The notes under the pieces are model-generated. The model saw nothing but the letters and a program-made list of their open reading frames with translations. It ran no database searches and was not told where the DNA came from. A program made the translations under genes and the position numbers. Source: an uncultured Candidatus Saccharibacteria bacterium (GTDB taxonomy: Bacteria > Patescibacteriota > Minisyncoccia > UBA6257 > JACOXY01). Taken from it: 64,000 nucleotides of DNA. Numbering within the stretch: the first letter of the stretch is position 1; each line of letters opens with the position of its first letter. The stretch is from NCBI GenBank assembly GCA_964357615.1, contig CAYHMC010000002.1, positions 71,481 to 135,480 of the forward strand, read 5' to 3'. Positions 49,868-59,351 of this stretch are shown here, one piece after another.

Positions 49868-50461
49868 TCAGGCCGAGTAAACGACCGCGGAGTCCTTTGC
49901 GGACGGCTTCACGATGCCGAGTGGCGCGGGAGCAACTGCGGGCTTCTCGACCCAGACCTCGGGAGTTTGAACGCCCGTAAGTCTCATGGCCTCCCTGAAG
50001 GACTGGTAGGTTTCGCGACCAACTTCCATCGCCGTAACCCGCAGACGACGGTTGTCAGTGTCGAGCTCGTCCTTCATGTCGCGAATCCAGGCGTCGGCAA
50101 GCTTGTAGATTTTGCCATCAGCACCGAATCCGAGCTTGACCGCGAGTCTCACTGGGGCGGTGCCGAGCATTGCCTCGTCGACGCTGTTCGACTCGTCGAC
50201 GCTGTTCGAAACGAGACAACAGAGCTCATCGAGAGACAAGCGGGCACGAATGCCAGCTTCGCTCACCCCAATCGTTACGGGAACGATGAGTGTCCGGTGG
50301 CCGATGTAGCCTGGGGCGAACTCGCCGAGCGTCACGTTCTCCGTATCATGACGAATACTTTCGTCGTCCAGTTCCGTGTACGGAGCCGTCTCGTCTTCGA
50401 GCACGCAGAGGCGCTCTCGGAGCTCATCGTTTCGCACATCAGCTTCATGTTCACTAATCAT
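49868..50461 (-). CDS. High-GC acidic hypothetical protein
   Basis: AGGAGG SD before the ATG of MISEHE; 18-bp tandem repeat encoding SNSVDE twice. Confidence 0.6.
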   Translation of the reverse strand: MISEHEADVRNDELRERLCVLEDETAPYTELDDESIRHDTENVTLGEFAPGYIGHRTLIVPVTIGVSEAGIRARLSLDELCCLVSNSVDESNSVDEAMLGTAPVRLAVKLGFGADGKIYKLADAWIRDMKDELDTDNRRLRVTAMEVGRETYQSFREAMRLTGVQTPEVWVEKPAVAPAPLGIVKPSAKDSAVVYSA

Positions 50462-50465
50462 CTTG

Positions 50466-50708
50466 CTATTCCTCCTTCTTCTTGCCCTTCGGAACGAAGG
50501 GTCGTCGAAGCGACGAAGTTGTGATGGGATCATCCATCTCTTCTGGAGATGGGGCGAAGGAACCGATTTGGAGACTACCAGCAATACTCTGCCTCCAAAC
50601 GCTGTCCCTGCGAGTCGGCTCCGTAAGCGGTGCCTCACCACCAAGGAAATCCGTGAGGCAGTCCCTCTCTATCGAATCCGGCTGTGACCTTGATGCTCTT
50701 CTTGCCAT
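50466..50708 (-). CDS. High-GC small hypothetical protein
   Basis: GGGGGAGAGG SD; stop lies 4 bp before the next start; TTTACA-17bp-TATAAT promoter at 50822-50794. Confidence 0.5.
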   Translation of the reverse strand: MARRASRSQPDSIERDCLTDFLGGEAPLTEPTRRDSVWRQSIAGSLQIGSFAPSPEEMDDPITTSSLRRPFVPKGKKKEE

Positions 50709-50848
50709 CCTCTCCCCCTTTTGGTACGCGAAGTAGCTGAAACCATTGTTCTTATCCTAGCCCATAATTGCAACTAGGACTTATGCTTTGCCCATTATAC
50801 CATTAAAATTGAATAATGTAAAGCCCTCAAAATTGAGGGCTATTTTAG

Positions 50849-51283
50849 CTATTCTATTGCTTTGCTACCAATAATTAAATCAATAACATTGCCTTCTGCT
50901 GGCCTAGGTAAATCCGTAACATATCTTGATAGAACATCATAAAAACTTTTATATACTTCTTTGCTATGACTCTTTCGCAATTCTCTAAGTCTTGGATATT
51001 TACTTTTTCTAGGTTCAAGCCTAAAATTTACTTCGTCCTTTAAAAATGCCCAGACGAAAAGCAGTGCGTCAGGCGCATCGTTTAAATTCAATTGAGCAAC
51101 GGCTTTTTTAGCAAAATCTACAGGTAAATTATCTGGACTGCCGTACAGTTTTTTAATCTTTAATACTAACGATTCAAGCATGGTAATTTCTATCTCATCA
51201 GGCGGTGAGACATATTGACCGCGTTTTTCTGCTTGATGTAGTTTTTGTTCAAACGGCCCCCTCTTTTTCTTCTTCCAAAACAC
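50849..51283 (-). CDS. Hypothetical protein
   Basis: AAGGAG SD before a GTG at 51283; hairpin AGCCCTCAA..TTGAGGGCT after the stop. Confidence 0.6.
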   Translation of the reverse strand: MFWKKKKRGPFEQKLHQAEKRGQYVSPPDEIEITMLESLVLKIKKLYGSPDNLPVDFAKKAVAQLNLNDAPDALLFVWAFLKDEVNFRLEPRKSKYPRLRELRKSHSKEVYKSFYDVLSRYVTDLPRPAEGNVIDLIIGSKAIE

Positions 51284-51419
51284 AAGAGTCTCTCCTTCTT
51301 TTTTGCAAAAACCTTGAATTAAACCTAAATTATGTAAAAATTCTTTTTCCAGTATAGCTCTATTATTAAAAAAAACAACTCTTACATATTTGGGGACTAC
51401 TGGTAGCCATCGCAAATTC

Positions 51420-52673
51420 CTAAACAAGATTTGAAACTTCTTTTTTAATTATCGAATTTTTAACTCCACTTAGACAATCATAAATTAGATGGGCAATTTT
51501 TTTCATTTCTTTTTCTTTCATTCCACGAGTTGTTACTGCTGGAACACCAAGTCGCAAACCAGATGGCTTGAATGGCGACTCGTCACCAGGAACAGTATTT
51601 CGATTTGCAATAATACCAGCTAATTCTAATATTTTCTCTGCCTCAAGACCACTCAAAATAACCGCGGTTCCATTATTTGAAATTAATTTAGATTTAGACA
51701 AATCAATAAGCATAAGATGAGTGTCAGTGCCACCAGAGACAAGATGAAAACCAATTTTTGTAAGTTCCGTCGCTAAACATTTTGCATTTTTTATTATTTG
51801 TTTTTGATATTTTTTAAAGCTTGGTTTTAACGCTTCAAAAAAAGCTACTGCCATTCCAGCTGTTACATTATTATGTGGTCCACCCTGAAGACCAGGAAAG
51901 ACTGATTTATCAATCGCATCTCCTAGTTCAATTCCATACTTTTTTCCAATTTTAGATTTACGATTTGAAAATATTATAGCGCCACGAGGACCGCGAAGAG
52001 TTTTATGAGTTGTAGTCATTACTATATCAGCATAAGAAAATGGTGAGGGGTGAAGTCCCGTAGCAACAAGACCTGCAATATGAGATATATCTGCTAAGTG
52101 ATATGCTTCAATCTTGTCCGCTATTTCTCTAAAACGCTTAAAATTAACTTGGCGTGAATAAGCAGTGAAACCAGATACGATTAACTTTGGTTTTTCTTTT
52201 TTAGCCAATTCTTCTATTTCATCATAATTAATCCATCCGTTTTCACTAGTTTTATAATGAATTGGCTTCCAAAATTTTCCAGTGTGCGACACGCGATGTC
52301 CGTGAGTTAAATGTCCACCAGAATTTAGTGCCATACCCATAAATTTTTCACCTGGTAAAAGAAGCGCCGAGTAAATTTCAAAATTTGCTGGCGAACCAGA
52401 ATATGGCTGAACATTAACAGACCAGTCGTCTTTGCTTAAGCCAAAAACCTTGAGCGCTCGAAACTTAGCGATTTCTTCAATTTCATCATAATAAATATTC
52501 CCCGGATAATACCTTTTTCCCGAATAACCTTCTGAATATTTATTTGTAAGCTCTGAACCAAGCGCCTCCAAAATATCAGTAGACACAAAATTCTCTGAAG
52601 CAATAAGATTTATAGTTTCTTTTTGTCTTTTCTTTTCAGCTTTTATTAATTTTTCTATTATTTTATCTTCCAT
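51420..52673 (-). CDS. glyA: Serine hydroxymethyltransferase
   Basis: LIASEN, EGY.GKRYY, GGHLTHG, TTTHKTLRGPRG; start moved to MEDKII because the upstream codons come from a repeat. Confidence 0.95.
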   Translation of the reverse strand: MEDKIIEKLIKAEKKRQKETINLIASENFVSTDILEALGSELTNKYSEGYSGKRYYPGNIYYDEIEEIAKFRALKVFGLSKDDWSVNVQPYSGSPANFEIYSALLLPGEKFMGMALNSGGHLTHGHRVSHTGKFWKPIHYKTSENGWINYDEIEELAKKEKPKLIVSGFTAYSRQVNFKRFREIADKIEAYHLADISHIAGLVATGLHPSPFSYADIVMTTTHKTLRGPRGAIIFSNRKSKIGKKYGIELGDAIDKSVFPGLQGGPHNNVTAGMAVAFFEALKPSFKKYQKQIIKNAKCLATELTKIGFHLVSGGTDTHLMLIDLSKSKLISNNGTAVILSGLEAEKILELAGIIANRNTVPGDESPFKPSGLRLGVPAVTTRGMKEKEMKKIAHLIYDCLSGVKNSIIKKEVSNLV

Positions 52674-52790
52674 CCCATTAGAGACAGATCGCAATTACAA
52701 AATAGCGACTCTGTGTTCTTGATTATATTATTGAATTAGAAATTTAGACAATCTCTCCCGCCCACACAAGAAATTGCGGTCTCTAACGGG
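52674..52790. mobile_element. CCCG-arm mini-element, copy 5
   Basis: Arms CCCATTAGAGA / TCTCTAACGGG; minus-strand flanks ATGAAT / ATGGAA. Confidence 0.7.
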
Positions 52791-52894
52791 ATTCATGATT
52801 TGACTATTATTTTAAAACTATTTTCTTTATTTTGCTAATATAAAAAATAAAGGGGCCGTTACTGGCCCGATAACTAACTAATTATTAAAAATTG

Positions 52895-53161
52895 TTAAAC
52901 CCATGATCCATTCGCAACGCGACGATACACCTCAGCCTCACAAGCCACTTGGAGTGCTTCGAATTGGGCGGAATGAGGAGCCGTTCCATCCTCGAGAACA
53001 AGCTCACACTCAAGAGCTTTCGGATATGCCGGATTACTTTTATCTAATCGATTAGTCCCGGCATTTATTCCGAGATTTAACGCGGAAAGAGTACTATTAT
53101 CGAAATCTCTTTTAAATCTCATCTGAATCAAAGCGGCCATACTCTTTATACCGGGCTCCAT
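52895..53161 (-). CDS. Hypothetical protein
   Basis: AAGGAG SD; TTGACA-17bp-TATATT promoter at 53229-53201; GGGCC hairpin downstream. Confidence 0.65.
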   Translation of the reverse strand: MEPGIKSMAALIQMRFKRDFDNSTLSALNLGINAGTNRLDKSNPAYPKALECELVLEDGTAPHSAQFEALQVACEAEVYRRVANGSWV

Positions 53162-53236
53162 CTCTCAGTCTCCTTCTTTCTGTAAAATTTCAACAGCTAA
53201 AATATATCACAATTATTATATATTGTCAATTACAAA

Positions 53237-53917
53237 CTAAGCATCCACTTCAAAGTCCAAATGCATTTTGGGAAGCATCATGTACGGATTCCAATTAAGT
53301 TTCAGCTCTGCCAAGTCGGCTGTCTCCTGATACTTCCCATTCTCTTTAGAATACTGCTCTTCTATAGCCTTGAGTGGTGCTACTTCATAAAATACAATTT
53401 GTGCAACTCGACGACCAACAACTAATGGTATTGAATAGTTTTGAGAATTATTTGTAATCTCCATCGTCCATCTATTAAAATATCCAACATCGCCCCAACC
53501 AGCATCCTTACAAACTTCAATAAAATTTCTACCCATTGAAGATCTAGCGTACATTTTGGCGACTACGATATCTCTGCCACCAACAAATTGCTCGGTGTGA
53601 GCCAAAATAGTTTCACCTGGCCCAAGTAAAATTACTTTATCCTCTGGTTTTATATTTCTAAGTGCAATACCTTCGCGATTAGCATAATGCGTTGCTAATT
53701 CCGCAAAAAATGGTCCATCCCACACACTAGATGTTGAACGTTCATCGTAAAGATTGTGCACTGGCGCAATTCCTTCTTTTGGTTTTGATTCTCTCCAGTA
53801 CCATTCACCCAGCGTTACATCATAGCTTGTTGTTTTTAAATTTTTTTCACTAAATGGATCAATAACGATTGATCCATTGTCTAAATGCCATAATATTGCT
53901 TCGCGAGAAAGTAACAT
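53237..53917 (-). CDS. dcd: dCTP deaminase
   Basis: SYDVTLG, ARSSMGR, AGWGDVGY, TMEI.N, AQIVF, KYQ. Confidence 0.85.
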   Translation of the reverse strand: MLLSREAILWHLDNGSIVIDPFSEKNLKTTSYDVTLGEWYWRESKPKEGIAPVHNLYDERSTSSVWDGPFFAELATHYANREGIALRNIKPEDKVILLGPGETILAHTEQFVGGRDIVVAKMYARSSMGRNFIEVCKDAGWGDVGYFNRWTMEITNNSQNYSIPLVVGRRVAQIVFYEVAPLKAIEEQYSKENGKYQETADLAELKLNWNPYMMLPKMHLDFEVDA

Positions 53918-54018
53918 AATTAAATAATAATTTATTTTGTAATCAATAAATATATCATATTTAGGATTTTAAGTATATAAATAATAGAAACTTATACAGT
54001 TACTGCTATAATTAGCCG

Positions 54019-54972
54019 TTAAACTAAGGACAATATTACTTTTGCAAGTTTATCTGGATCATGACGTATTAATGACCTAGTTCGTAAAAAATCTCCCAAA
54101 ATCGAGACCGGTTTTTTAGGTAAATCAGCCCATTCAACAAGCATAGATTTTTCTTCTGCGTATTTTTTTGTTTGAGCTAGTGTTGGGCGCCGATTATTTA
54201 TAATTGCATAGTCCACGACATTTTCACCCAAAATCGAAATGATTGTTTTAATAAATTCAGAAGCAGTAAAGCCATGTGTTTCGCCAAATTTTGTCATAAT
54301 ATTAACAACATAAATCTTTTTTGCTCTAGTATTTTCTAATGCTTCTTTCATTCCCTTAACTAATAGATTTGGCATAATACTTGTAAATAAATCTCCTGGG
54401 CCTATCACAACGCCATCGGCTTCTTTAATTGCTCTAAGCGCTCTCGGATTTATACTAACCGCTGGCTTTAGCCAAGCTCGCTTAATTCTAAGTCGCCCAT
54501 CGTGTTTGGGAATATCTATATTAGTTTCTCCTTTAATTACTCTCCCATCAACAAGCTCGGCATAAAGATGAGCATTCTCTAATGTGACTGGAATAACCTT
54601 GCCTTCAACTTGTAAAATTTTTTCAGCTTCATGAATTGCTTTTCCAAAATCTCCAGTAATTTGTTCGAGCGCCGTAATCATCAAATTACCGAAGTTATGA
54701 CCAGTAAGCCCCTTGCCATTTTTAAATCTAAAATTGAAAAGTTCAGAAAGCATCTTATTGTCAGATCTTGAAAGAGCAATAATAGCACGACGAATATCGC
54801 CTGGTGGCAGAATACCAAATTCTTCTCGAAGCATTCCGGCCGAACCACCATCGTCAGCCATAGTAACTATTGCTGATAGTTCAACATTCTTATATTTTTT
54901 AAGTCCAGATAGTACGGTAAAAACTCCAGTACCACCGCCAATTACAACAATTCTTTTTTTGTTTTTTGCCAT
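54019..54972 (-). CDS. yvcK: YvcK/GlmR (UPF0052) family protein
   Basis: IGGGTG, DDGGS, PPGD, GHNFGN, GPG.LFTS, RHD. Confidence 0.9.
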   Translation of the reverse strand: MAKNKKRIVVIGGGTGVFTVLSGLKKYKNVELSAIVTMADDGGSAGMLREEFGILPPGDIRRAIIALSRSDNKMLSELFNFRFKNGKGLTGHNFGNLMITALEQITGDFGKAIHEAEKILQVEGKVIPVTLENAHLYAELVDGRVIKGETNIDIPKHDGRLRIKRAWLKPAVSINPRALRAIKEADGVVIGPGDLFTSIMPNLLVKGMKEALENTRAKKIYVVNIMTKFGETHGFTASEFIKTIISILGENVVDYAIINNRRPTLAQTKKYAEEKSMLVEWADLPKKPVSILGDFLRTRSLIRHDPDKLAKVILSLV

Positions 54973-55114
54973 AAAAAATAAATTTATAAAACCAGAATCT
55001 TGAAGTTTAATACTCAAATCATCAATACTTTGATGTTACTATAATTAAAATTTATTGTCAGCGATAAGTAAAAAACCGCATATTGAGCGGTTTGTTTTAT
55101 CTAAATAATATATA

Positions 55115-55465
55115 TTAACTATTCTCACCTTCTTTTCTAAGGGCTTCAGCAATTTCTCTTACGAGATCAATTGTAATGTCTGGATTATGCATTTTAATAT
55201 TGCCATACACAAAGCTAATTCTCTGTTCCCACTTTTCCTCAACACTTGATTCATCTACTGTAGCCTTTTTAGAAATACTATCTGATAATTTTTTATAAAC
55301 ATTTGGTCTATGTCTTATTAAAATTCCGCAAAATTCTTCAACTTGCTCACTAGACGTTAAAACTAAACTTTTAGCTAGAATTACTATTTCATCATCAGCA
55401 ATATTATCCACATCAATACAAGCCAGCCTAAACACTTCCCATTCAGAAAGAGGACCTGTTTCCAT
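55115..55465 (-). CDS. Hypothetical protein
   Basis: AAAGGTG SD, own terminator; C-terminal EQRISFVYGN motif. Confidence 0.6.
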   Translation of the reverse strand: METGPLSEWEVFRLACIDVDNIADDEIVILAKSLVLTSSEQVEEFCGILIRHRPNVYKKLSDSISKKATVDESSVEEKWEQRISFVYGNIKMHNPDITIDLVREIAEALRKEGENS

Positions 55466-55619
55466 GTTTCACCTTTTCGAAATGCCACTGCTCGGAATAA
55501 TAACTAACTATATTAGACAATGCAATGATTGGTAATTATTAGGAACAGACAACTCATAAATTAAAAACCGAGGTTATTCCTCGGTGTATTTCAATTTTCT
55601 AAAATTTTTATATCAAAAA

Positions 55620-57194
55620 TTAAATAAATACTTTTCTTAAATTTTCTTTCTCTTCCGAAACCGGAACTTGAATCAAGTGATTAATAGCATCTAGATATGC
55701 CTGTGCATACGCAACAACTATATTTAAACTAGATGCCCTACCATAACCAACTTGATCACCAAGCTTAACTCTAGCCCTAGCAAAACCAAGAGCTTCAGAA
55801 CCACCCGAACCATGGATAAAATTAAAGCAAACTTCTTTTTTGTCCATTTCTTGACCATGCGCAGACAATGCTTTATCTATCGCTTTACAAACCGCATCTA
55901 CTGGCCCATCACCAAGGGCACTAGCTCTTTGGATTACACTATTTTTAAGAATAAGAATACTGCCTTTATTCTCTCCATTTTCGCTTTCAAAGCTAATTGT
56001 TTCTTGCCCAAATGTAAAAAGTTCTCTGTCTTTAACTTCTTCTTTTGAGAGATGCTCTTGAATTAGCATGTGTAGATCTTCGTCGCTTAGACGACCAACA
56101 CTATTTGCCAAGAGTTTAAACTCGCCCAAAATACCAGAAGCAAGGGTTGGATCACTATACCCCATTTTTTTAAGATGATCAGCTAAGCCAGCCTCTCCCA
56201 AATGACTAACAAGAGCAACTCCGGCTCCCTGCCAGTTTATATCTTCTGGCTTCATAATCTCATAAGTTTGCCTGTCCTTCAAAACTCCATCAGCATGAAT
56301 ACCTGAACTATGGGTAAATGCATACCTACCAGCAATTGATTTATGATCTGAGATTGGGTAACCAATCGCGCTAGATAAAAATCGAAAAAAAGGACCAAGC
56401 TGACTTATATCAATATTGGTTTTTACATCATATAAATCATATCTAGTATGAAGCGCCATGATTACATCTTCCAAGGCTGCATTTCCAGCTCGCTCTCCAA
56501 TACCCAAAAAACATCCTTCGACTTGGTCAGCGCCATACAAAACCCCATTAAGGGAATTAGCGACCGCCAACCCTAAATCATCATGACAATGAACACTCAA
56601 GATAATTTTTTCATTATCTGGAATACATTTCCAAACTGTATCGATAAGTTCTCCATATGAGTCTACTTGGGCATAGCCAACTGTATCAGGAATATTTATT
56701 GTAGTAGCTCCAGCATCTATTGCTGTCTCTATAACTTTAATCAAATATTTAGGATTTGTTCTAGTGGCATCTTCAGCTGAAAATTCAACATCTTCGCAAT
56801 ATCCTTTAGCTCGACTTACTTCTCTGTAAATTGCCTCAAGCACTTCTTCGCGAGTACTCCGAAGCTTCTTTCTAATATGAATATCGCTTGTGGAAACAAA
56901 AACATGAATCCGGCTTTTCTTTGCAAGTTCTAAGGAGCGCGCAGCAGCCTCAATGTGATCTTGCTTTACGCCAGCTAATGCACAAATAATAGGCTCGCTA
57001 ATAGCTTTGGAAATTTCTCTAAGCGCGGTTATTTCGGCAGGTGAAGAAATTGGAAATCCAGCCTCGATAACATCTACACGAAGACGCTCCAGCCATTTAG
57101 CAATAGATACTTTTGTAGAAATTGACATTGTATGACCAGCTTGTTCGCCGTCACGCATTGTGGTGTCAAATATACGTATGTGATGATTTTCCAA
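55620..57194 (-). CDS. leuA: 2-isopropylmalate synthase
   Basis: FDTTMRDGEQ, EDATR, PDTVG, HCHDDLG, GERAGN, GIH.DG, regulatory-domain GDGPVDA; TTG start with GAGGAG SD. Confidence 0.9.
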   Translation of the reverse strand: MENHHIRIFDTTMRDGEQAGHTMSISTKVSIAKWLERLRVDVIEAGFPISSPAEITALREISKAISEPIICALAGVKQDHIEAAARSLELAKKSRIHVFVSTSDIHIRKKLRSTREEVLEAIYREVSRAKGYCEDVEFSAEDATRTNPKYLIKVIETAIDAGATTINIPDTVGYAQVDSYGELIDTVWKCIPDNEKIILSVHCHDDLGLAVANSLNGVLYGADQVEGCFLGIGERAGNAALEDVIMALHTRYDLYDVKTNIDISQLGPFFRFLSSAIGYPISDHKSIAGRYAFTHSSGIHADGVLKDRQTYEIMKPEDINWQGAGVALVSHLGEAGLADHLKKMGYSDPTLASGILGEFKLLANSVGRLSDEDLHMLIQEHLSKEEVKDRELFTFGQETISFESENGENKGSILILKNSVIQRASALGDGPVDAVCKAIDKALSAHGQEMDKKEVCFNFIHGSGGSEALGFARARVKLGDQVGYGRASSLNIVVAYAQAYLDAINHLIQVPVSEEKENLRKVFI

Positions 57195-57321
57195 TTGGAA
57201 CTCCTCTTTGACTAAGATCTAATGCATTTTTAACACAAAAAAGGTTTTTGGGCAACAAAAAACAAACAACGCTGTTTGTTTTTTTGTTAAATATAATTAA
57301 TTTAAAATATAAAGTTAATAA

Positions 57322-58500
57322 TTAAAGTCCGATTATTCTTATAACTTCTGAGGGGGTTGTTATGCCTTTTACTGCTTTTTCTATTGCTGATTCTTTTAAA
57401 GCTTGCTTTGTTTTAGTTCTAAACAATTCTTGTAAATCTTTAGTCATAGCGCCCTCAATTATTGCGGATCTTACCTCATTGTCAAATTGCACAATTTCAT
57501 AAACTCCTTGTCTTCCTAAATATCCAGTATTGTGACACTCGTTACAACCCTTACCTATGCGATATTCGGCTCCAACTGGATTACCAAGATAATTTCTTTC
57601 CGATTCGCTTGGCTCATATGCTTCTTCGCAAAATTTACAAATTTTTCTGATTAATCTTGTCGCGACAACGCCAGAAGTGCCATAAGCAACAACAGAACGC
57701 GGTATACCCATTTCAATAAGTCGAATTACAAGCCCTGGCACATCGAAAGTATGAAAAGTGGAAAACACTAATACGCCACTGAGCGCCGCCCTAAAAGCAT
57801 TTTGAGCAGTATCAGCATCACGAATTTCCCCAAGCATAACTATATCTGGATCCTGTCTTAAAATTGATCTTGTGACTTTGGCAAATGTTAAATCTATTGC
57901 GTCATTAACCTGAACTTGCCTAATACCTGCCATTTCAAGCTCAACCGGATCTTCGACGGTAATTATGTTTTTATTTGGACTATTTAAACTATCTAAGATT
58001 GAATATAAGAGAGTGGTCTTACCAGAACCAGTTGGTCCGCTTATTAAAACCATGCTATGGGGACTTGCTATAATTTTACCGATTAATTTAAGTTGCTCTT
58101 TGTCAAATCCTAGTTTATCAAGTTTCGCATAACTGTCATCTCTATTTTGAACTCTCATAACAACAGACTCTCCATATATTCCTGGTATAGTTGATACTCG
58201 AATATTATAATTTTTCCCATCAAAGTCTATGCCAAAAGTACCGTCCTGTGGAAAACGACGCTCTGCAATGTCCATTTTAGCAAGAACCTTTATTCTTGAA
58301 ATTGCTTCTTCTTGATAGATGTGAGGCAAATCTTCGGTTGGATAAAGAACACCATCAATCCTATAACGAACGCTAACATCTAACGGACTTAAGTCTATAT
58401 GAATATCGCTAGCCCTTTTAACAATGGCTTCTTGCAAAATTGAATTTACAAAATCTGCTACTCCTTTTTGGTCATCTGGTGTAAAACTGTCTTTTAACAT
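57322..58500 (-). CDS. GspE/PilB family secretion or pilus assembly ATPase (short form)
   Basis: ASDIH, GPTGSGKTT, EDPVE, LRQDPD..GEIRD, CxxC...CxxC. Confidence 0.92.
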   Translation of the reverse strand: MLKDSFTPDDQKGVADFVNSILQEAIVKRASDIHIDLSPLDVSVRYRIDGVLYPTEDLPHIYQEEAISRIKVLAKMDIAERRFPQDGTFGIDFDGKNYNIRVSTIPGIYGESVVMRVQNRDDSYAKLDKLGFDKEQLKLIGKIIASPHSMVLISGPTGSGKTTLLYSILDSLNSPNKNIITVEDPVELEMAGIRQVQVNDAIDLTFAKVTRSILRQDPDIVMLGEIRDADTAQNAFRAALSGVLVFSTFHTFDVPGLVIRLIEMGIPRSVVAYGTSGVVATRLIRKICKFCEEAYEPSESERNYLGNPVGAEYRIGKGCNECHNTGYLGRQGVYEIVQFDNEVRSAIIEGAMTKDLQELFRTKTKQALKESAIEKAVKGITTPSEVIRIIGL

Positions 58501-58640
58501 AAATTTATTATTAATAATATTATACTATAAAAACTAAATCTTTAATGCATTGTGGCTTTTGTATATAAAAATTTATTGACTTAAACCACAATACCAATAT
58601 ACTAAAAAAAGATACTTTACACCAATTGCGGAGAACGAAA

Positions 58641-59168
58641 ATGCCTATATTTGCTATAACAGCAAACAATTTTTTGGGAGGATTTGCCTCATTAGTTTAT
58701 GGCTTGTATCCAAATCGCATACAAAAAGGAAATCGCCTTGGGTGGGATGCTGAGGATCAATTAATGAAAGATATTGTTGGTGCAAAAAAGAAAATAATCA
58801 TAATTTGCAGAAATTTTTTTACATGCAAAACACATCCAAGCTTAGATATGGAGTGGTTTATTAAATCCATTGATGAACTTAATAAAAACAAGGTTGCGGT
58901 TATAATGGCTTCAGAGGAAGATCCACCTGAGTTTATTCAATCATTAATTGATTCCGGTAAAATATGTTTTAAAAAAAGCGAAAGGGTGCCTTTTGTCGGT
59001 CACTTTGTTGACGATAAAATAATAGATATCAGTTTTGATGATAGACAGACCGGTATATGCCCTGGAGGAATATTCTGGAGAACCGAACATGCACTACCGG
59101 ATATAAATGAATTGCTTAAAGATGCCTTCCTTGCCTCAATATCATATAGTTTCGAACGGCTAGTTTAA
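58641..59168 (+). CDS. Hypothetical protein, possibly a degenerate PLD/TrmB-like fold
   Basis: I.GAKKKIII ... GHFVDDK; TTGACT-16bp-TATACT promoter at 58576-58603; GGAGA SD. Confidence 0.5.
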   Translation: MPIFAITANNFLGGFASLVYGLYPNRIQKGNRLGWDAEDQLMKDIVGAKKKIIIICRNFFTCKTHPSLDMEWFIKSIDELNKNKVAVIMASEEDPPEFIQSLIDSGKICFKKSERVPFVGHFVDDKIIDISFDDRQTGICPGGIFWRTEHALPDINELLKDAFLASISYSFERLV

Positions 59169-59228
59169 GCCGTTTTTTATTTTAACCAACAATTCAATAT
59201 TCTATTGTATTTAAAGAGGTTAAAATAA

Positions 59229-59350
59229 TCCCGCCTGTCCCGAGCGCTAGAGAGGGAAGTGAGTCTCATTTTAATGAGACGATGACTGAGTGGGAGCGAT
59301 GAAATGCTGAAACAAGCAGGCTGAATGCACGAGGGATACAAAACCCTCAG
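59229..59350. repeat. GC-rich structured intergenic element
   Basis: Stems TCCC/GGGA, GTCTCATT/AATGAGAC, TGCT/AGCA, GAGGG/CCCTC. Confidence 0.45.
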
Positions 59351-59351
59351 A

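Noticed and set aside
49835-50736. Plus-strand ORFs such as 49835..50524, and the 258-aa extended minus-strand start at 50644
   Set aside because: Promoter, SD and terminator all point to the minus strand with starts at 50708 and 50461; long shadow ORFs are expected at high GC
52674-52694. GlyA N-terminal extension MRSVSNG
   Set aside because: Derived from the repeat arm; the same artefact extends the 39083..39622 ORF (AVSNG)
33617-52790. CCCG-arm elements as integron attC sites
   Set aside because: attC runs RYYYAAC...GTTRRRY; here GTT is on the 5' arm and AAC on the 3' arm, the copies are dispersed rather than arrayed, and no intI is present
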